From NCBI GenBank assembly GCA_903844825.1, contig CAIMVC010000173.1, positions 59 to 64,058 of the forward strand: a DNA stretch of 64,000 nucleotides, written 5' to 3'. Below, in pieces: positions 59,915 through 64,000 of the stretch. The number at the start of each line of letters is the position of its first letter. The first letter of the stretch is position 1. A program made the translations under genes and the position numbers. Under the pieces are notes generated by a model that was not told the origin of the DNA, did not search any database, and saw only the letters and a program-made list of their open reading frames with translations. The stretch is from an uncultured Burkholderiales bacterium (GTDB lineage Bacteria; Pseudomonadota; Gammaproteobacteria; Burkholderiales; Burkholderiaceae_C).

Positions 59915-60481
59915 ATGTTTCGCAATTGCACAATTCCCCGCGCCCGCAGCCTGTGTGTCTGGGTTGGCGCCATCGTCATGGCCGCCTTGCTGGCCGCTTG
60001 CAGTCCCGCGCTGAACTGGCGCGAACTGCGGCTTGGCGAGGGCCCGCTGGGTCTGATGCTGCCGTGCAAGCCCGACAAGGCTGACAAGGTGGTGCCTTTG
60101 GGTGGTCGACCGACGACGCTGTCGATGATGGGTTGTGACGCCGCAGGCGCCACCTTCGCCGTGGCCATGGCCGATCTGGGCGACGCCGCCGCCGTGCCCG
60201 AGGTGCTGGCGCAGTGGCAAAGCCTGACGCTGGCAAACATGAGGGCTGAGCCGCTCGGCCAGTTGCCGACCCAGAGCCGGGCGTTGAAAGTGCCGGGCGC
60301 TGCAGCGGCGCCGGCGCCAGTACTGGTGATGGCTCAGGGCCGCCGGGCGGACGGCGTTGCAGTTCAGGGGTGGACGGCTTATTTCTCTAGAGGTTCACGG
60401 GTTTTTCAGGCGGTGCTTTATGCGCCGCGAATCACCCCGGAAGCGGCTGACACCTTTTTCTCCAGTCTCAAGCTCGACTAA
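59915..60481 (+). CDS. Hypothetical lipoprotein
   Basis: LLAAC lipobox followed by SPALNWRE; fills the gap before the MFS gene; start uncertain. Confidence 0.75.
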   Translation: MFRNCTIPRARSLCVWVGAIVMAALLAACSPALNWRELRLGEGPLGLMLPCKPDKADKVVPLGGRPTTLSMMGCDAAGATFAVAMADLGDAAAVPEVLAQWQSLTLANMRAEPLGQLPTQSRALKVPGAAAAPAPVLVMAQGRRADGVAVQGWTAYFSRGSRVFQAVLYAPRITPEAADTFFSSLKLD

Positions 60482-60498
60482 CCCAAGGAAGCATCCGT

Positions 60499-61752
60499 AT
60501 GACAAGCAAGCCTGAACCGGCGGCCAGTGAGCGCCTCGGCGCCCGGGCCGGGGCGTGGGTGTTTCTGGCCTTTGCGGCGGCTTATTTCTGCTCGGCATTG
60601 GTGCGGGCCATTACCGCCACCTTGTCACCGGTCCTGACGCAGGAATTCTCCCTGCAGGCCAGTGACCTGGGCTTGCTGGCCGGAGGCTATTTTCTGGGCT
60701 TTGCGGCCACGCAACTGCCTCTGGGCGCCTGGCTGGATCGTTATGGTCCCAAGCGGGTCATCCTGTGTTTTCTCACCCTTGCGGTGATCGGTTGCCTGGC
60801 ATTTTCTTTAGCCAGCACGTTTGCGGGCCTGCTGGCGGCGCGTGTGCTGGTAGGCATGGGCGTGAGCGCCTGCCTGATGGCGCCGCTGACGGGCTACCGC
60901 CGCTGGTTTGACGCACCCAACTTGCTGCGCGCGAACTCCTGGATGCTCATGGCGGGCTCGCTGGGGATGGTGGCTTCGACCCTGCCGGTGCAGTGGCTGA
61001 TGCCCTGGCTGGGCTGGCGGCCCATGTTCTGGATTCTGGCGGGGATGGTGCTGCTGTCGATGCTGGTGATCGCGCGCGTGGTGCCCGTCTGGGCGACTGC
61101 GGACCCGTCGCACGCTGCGGCGGGGGCTGCCAAGCCCAGCTACAGCGCGGTCTGGCGCAGCCGCTATTTCCAGAAATTGTCCTGGCTGGCATTTTTCAAC
61201 TACGGCGGCCTGATTGCCGTGCAGACCTTGTGGGCCGGCCCCTGGATGATCCGCGTGGCGGGCTACACGCCGCTGGAGTCGGCCACCGGGCTGTTTTACA
61301 TCAATGCCACCATGCTGGTGACTTATTGGGCCTGGGGCATGGTCAATCCGTGGCTGGTGCGCCATGGCTGGGACGCCGACCGCTTGCTGGCCTGGGGGGT
61401 GCCGTTGAGCCTGCTCGTGCTGGCGGTCAATATCCTCGGCGGCAGTGCTACCGGCTGGCTGGGTTGGGCTCTTTTTTGCATGAGTTCGAGCGTCCTGGGT
61501 CTGGCTCAGCCGGCGGTGGGAATGGCCTTTGCCTCCAACTTGGTGGGGCGCGCCTTATCGGCCTACAACCTGCTGATTTTTGCCGGCATTTTTGTCGTTC
61601 AGTGGGGCATCGGCCTGCTGGTTGACGCGTTCAAGGCCGCCGGATGGGATGAAATCGCCAGTTTTCAGGCGGCCATGGGCGTGTTTTTCTGTAGTTGCCT
61701 GGCCTCCTATGCGTACTTCATCTTCGTCAAAGCCGATAATTCACCCCAATGA
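60499..61752 (+). CDS. MFS transporter
   Basis: G..LDRYGPKRV motif A, about 12 hydrophobic segments. Confidence 0.92.
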   Translation: MTSKPEPAASERLGARAGAWVFLAFAAAYFCSALVRAITATLSPVLTQEFSLQASDLGLLAGGYFLGFAATQLPLGAWLDRYGPKRVILCFLTLAVIGCLAFSLASTFAGLLAARVLVGMGVSACLMAPLTGYRRWFDAPNLLRANSWMLMAGSLGMVASTLPVQWLMPWLGWRPMFWILAGMVLLSMLVIARVVPVWATADPSHAAAGAAKPSYSAVWRSRYFQKLSWLAFFNYGGLIAVQTLWAGPWMIRVAGYTPLESATGLFYINATMLVTYWAWGMVNPWLVRHGWDADRLLAWGVPLSLLVLAVNILGGSATGWLGWALFCMSSSVLGLAQPAVGMAFASNLVGRALSAYNLLIFAGIFVVQWGIGLLVDAFKAAGWDEIASFQAAMGVFFCSCLASYAYFIFVKADNSPQ

Positions 61753-62192
61753 ACGGCATTTTGATTCTGGCGCACGCTCCGCTGGCCTCGGCCTTGCGCC
61801 AGTGCATCGCGCACGTTTTCAGCGATAACGAGCAAGGGGTGCTCGCGCTGGATGTGCAGCCCAACGAACCCCCGGAAGAGACCCTGGCGCAGGCCCGCAT
61901 CATGCTCGAGCAGTTGGGCACGAGCACGGTGCTGGTGATCACAGACGTCTTTGGTGCCACGCCTTGCAACATTGCCCAGAAGCTGGTCGACGGGCACCGC
62001 AGCAAACTTGTCACAGGCGTTAACCTGCCCATGCTTCTGCGTACCGTGTCGTACCGCCACGAGTCGCTGGACGCGCTGGTGGCCCGCGCCTTGGTCGGCG
62101 CCACCCAGGGTGTGATGCAGGTGACCATTACCGCTCCTCAAAATCAGAATCGCCGCAACCATGATCAAGAACAGTACGACCATCAGCAATAA
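61749..62192 (+). CDS. PTS EIIA component, mannose/fructose type
   Basis: ILAH phospho-His, TDVFGATPCN, GVNLPML. Confidence 0.92.
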   Translation: MNGILILAHAPLASALRQCIAHVFSDNEQGVLALDVQPNEPPEETLAQARIMLEQLGTSTVLVITDVFGATPCNIAQKLVDGHRSKLVTGVNLPMLLRTVSYRHESLDALVARALVGATQGVMQVTITAPQNQNRRNHDQEQYDHQQ

Positions 62193-62430
62193 ACTCGGAC
62201 TGCATGCCCGTGCCTCTGCCAAGCTGACCAAGGTCGCGGGCAGTTTTTCGTGCGAGGTCTGGATGACCCGCGGCGAGCGGCGGGTCAACGCCAAGAGCAT
62301 CATGGGCGTCATGATGCTGGCCGCAGGCCTGGGCAGCACCGTCGAGATCGAGACCCAAGGCTCGGATGAGCAGCCAGCCATGGACGCGCTGCTGGCGCTG
62401 ATCGCCGACAAGTTTGGCGAGGGTGAGTGA
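62161..62430 (+). CDS. ptsH: Phosphocarrier protein HPr
   Basis: NKLGLHARAS, NAKSIMGVM. Confidence 0.95.
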   Translation: MIKNSTTISNKLGLHARASAKLTKVAGSFSCEVWMTRGERRVNAKSIMGVMMLAAGLGSTVEIETQGSDEQPAMDALLALIADKFGEGE

Positions 62431-62447
62431 CATGCGGGTGGAGTGTG

Positions 62448-62579
62448 TAGCCCCCACGCTTGCCACTGCGTGTGCTGCGCTGCCCCCCGAGGGGGTGTTC
62501 CCCGGCTTGGGGCGGCCCTTCGGAAAACTGTTGGCCTCTACGTTTGTCGCTTCATGCGCTGCGCTGCACCTGGGGGCTA
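62448..62579. repeat. MITE/REP-like element with 9-bp terminal inverted repeats and an internal degenerate duplication
   Basis: TAGCCCCCA (62448-62456) / TGGGGGCTA (62571-62579); internal units starting at 62450 and 62534 match at 28 of 37 positions; CCCCC-G-A-GGGGG hairpin. Confidence 0.7.
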
Positions 62580-62583
62580 AGCA

Positions 62584-64000
62584 ATGACTTTTTCGATCCA
62601 CGGCCTGGCAGTTTCCCGGGGTATTGCCATCGGTCGGGCGGTGCTGGTGGCGTCCAGTCGGGCCGATGTGGCGCACTATTTCATTGACGCGGAAAAAACG
62701 GCAGACGAAGTTCAGCGCGTGCGCCTGGCCCGTAATGCGGTGACCGACGAAATCAGCCGCGTTCAGCGCGACTTGCCCAAGGAGGCGCCGCATGAGTTGG
62801 CGGCCTTGCTGGATGTGCAACTCATGCTGCTGCAAGACGAGCAGCTGATCAGTGGTGTCAAACACTGGATCAACGACCGTCACTACAACGCCGAATGGGC
62901 CCTGACGACCCAATTCGAGGTGATCGCCCGTCAGTTCGATGAGATGGAGGACGAATACCTGCGCGAGCGCAAGGCCGACCTGGAACAAGTGGTCGAGCGT
63001 ATTTTGCGGGCGATGAAGGGCGCTGGCTCACCCGTTCAGCCCCCCGCTCAGGGGGCAGGGCGCAAGGCCCAGCAGCAGGACTTGTTGCTCGAAGACTCGC
63101 TGGACGTGCCCCTGGTGTTGGTGGCCCACGACATCTCGCCGGCTGACATGTTGCAGTTCAAGCAAAGTCTGTTTGTCGGTTTCGCAACGGACGTGGGTGG
63201 CAAGACGTCGCACACTGCCATTGTGGCCCGCAGCATGGACATTCCGGCGGTGGTGGGGGCGCGCAGCGCCAGCCAACTGATCAAGCAGGATGATTGGGTC
63301 ATCATTGATGGCGATGCGGGGGTGCTGATCGTCGACCCGTCTCCCATTATCTTGGCGGAATATGCCTTCAAGCAACGCCAGGGCGAGCTCGAACGCGAGC
63401 GCCTTAATCGCCTGCGCCACACGCCGGCCATCACGCTGGACGGTCAGCGAGTTGATCTGCTGGCCAACATCGAAATGCCCGCCGACACGCTGGGTGCGGT
63501 AGCCACGGGCGCCGTAGGTGTGGGTCTGTTTCGCAGCGAGTTTCTGTTCATGGGGCGTAGCGGCAAGCTGCCCGACGAAGAAGAGCAGTACCAGGCCTAC
63601 CGCCAGGCCATTGACGGCATGCAAGGTTTGCCGGTGACCATCCGCACGGTGGACATCGGCTCGGACAAGCCTCTGGACCGCCTGGGCAAGGCGCAAGACA
63701 CCCACTTGAACCCCGCGCTGGGTTTGCGAGCTATTCGCTGGAGCCTGGCCGACCCGCCCATGTTCCTGACGCAGTTGCGCGCCATCTTGCGTGCAGCGGC
63801 GCATGGTCAGGTCAATTTGCTGGTGCCCATGCTGGCGCATGTCAGCGAAATTCGCCAGACCGTGGCCTTGATTGACCATGCCCGCGCTCAGCTCGACACC
63901 AAGGGCGTGGCTTACGGCCCCGTCAAGCTAGGTGCCATGATTGAAATTCCGGCGGCAGCTCTGATGATCAAGGTCTTTCTCAAGCATTTCGACTTTTTGT
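62584..64000 (+). CDS. ptsI: PEP-protein phosphotransferase Enzyme I (3' truncated; absent from the ORF track)
   Basis: MTFSIHGLAVSRGIAIG, YLRERKAD, GGKTSHTAIVARS, GVGLFRSEFL, NPALGLRAIR, MIEIPAA. Confidence 0.96.
   Translation, partial: MTFSIHGLAVSRGIAIGRAVLVASSRADVAHYFIDAEKTADEVQRVRLARNAVTDEISRVQRDLPKEAPHELAALLDVQLMLLQDEQLISGVKHWINDRHYNAEWALTTQFEVIARQFDEMEDEYLRERKADLEQVVERILRAMKGAGSPVQPPAQGAGRKAQQQDLLLEDSLDVPLVLVAHDISPADMLQFKQSLFVGFATDVGGKTSHTAIVARSMDIPAVVGARSASQLIKQDDWVIIDGDAGVLIVDPSPIILAEYAFKQRQGELERERLNRLRHTPAITLDGQRVDLLANIEMPADTLGAVATGAVGVGLFRSEFLFMGRSGKLPDEEEQYQAYRQAIDGMQGLPVTIRTVDIGSDKPLDRLGKAQDTHLNPALGLRAIRWSLADPPMFLTQLRAILRAAAHGQVNLLVPMLAHVSEIRQTVALIDHARAQLDTKGVAYGPVKLGAMIEIPAAALMIKVFLKHFDFL

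Noticed and set aside
63028-63879. 283-aa minus-strand ORF at the window end
   Set aside because: Antisense to ptsI, which the ORF track missed because it has no stop codon inside the window
61749-64000. PTS genes lacking an EIIBC permease
   Set aside because: The regulatory EIIA-HPr-EI cluster is typical of Betaproteobacteria

Overview
High-GC betaproteobacterial (Comamonadaceae-like) chromosome segment. It begins in the 3' end of rpoC and ends inside ptsI. About 51 kb between them (1797-53298) is catabolic accessory DNA with no integrase, transposase or tRNA. Block 1 (1.8-31.1 kb) is an indole-3-acetate (auxin) degradation locus of the Variovorax iad type: IorAB, reductase, Rieske alpha/beta, CoA ligase, thiolase-fold protein, DUF35-SDR fusion, cyclase, SDR, two SBPs and a Liv-type ABC. 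It has a divergent LysR instead of a MarR, a second Rieske alpha/beta pair inside the transporter genes, and a six-gene extension that includes an alpha/beta-hydrolase lacking its Ser and His. An orphan hybrid kinase follows. Block 2 (33.8-53.3 kb) has three apparently cytoplasmic Cys-type sulfatases, three uptake modules, three dehydrogenases, dgoD, and FadR and LysR regulators with visible operator palindromes; it is the best candidate for an undescribed pathway (sulfated sugar scavenging). The right end is backbone-like: peroxiredoxin, GNAT, cytochrome b/c', thioredoxin folds, CoA transferase, sigma54-type cynS, MFS and PTS genes, with a MITE/REP-like element before ptsI. No rRNA, tRNA or CRISPR was seen. 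Family calls come from motifs read by eye, not database searches.
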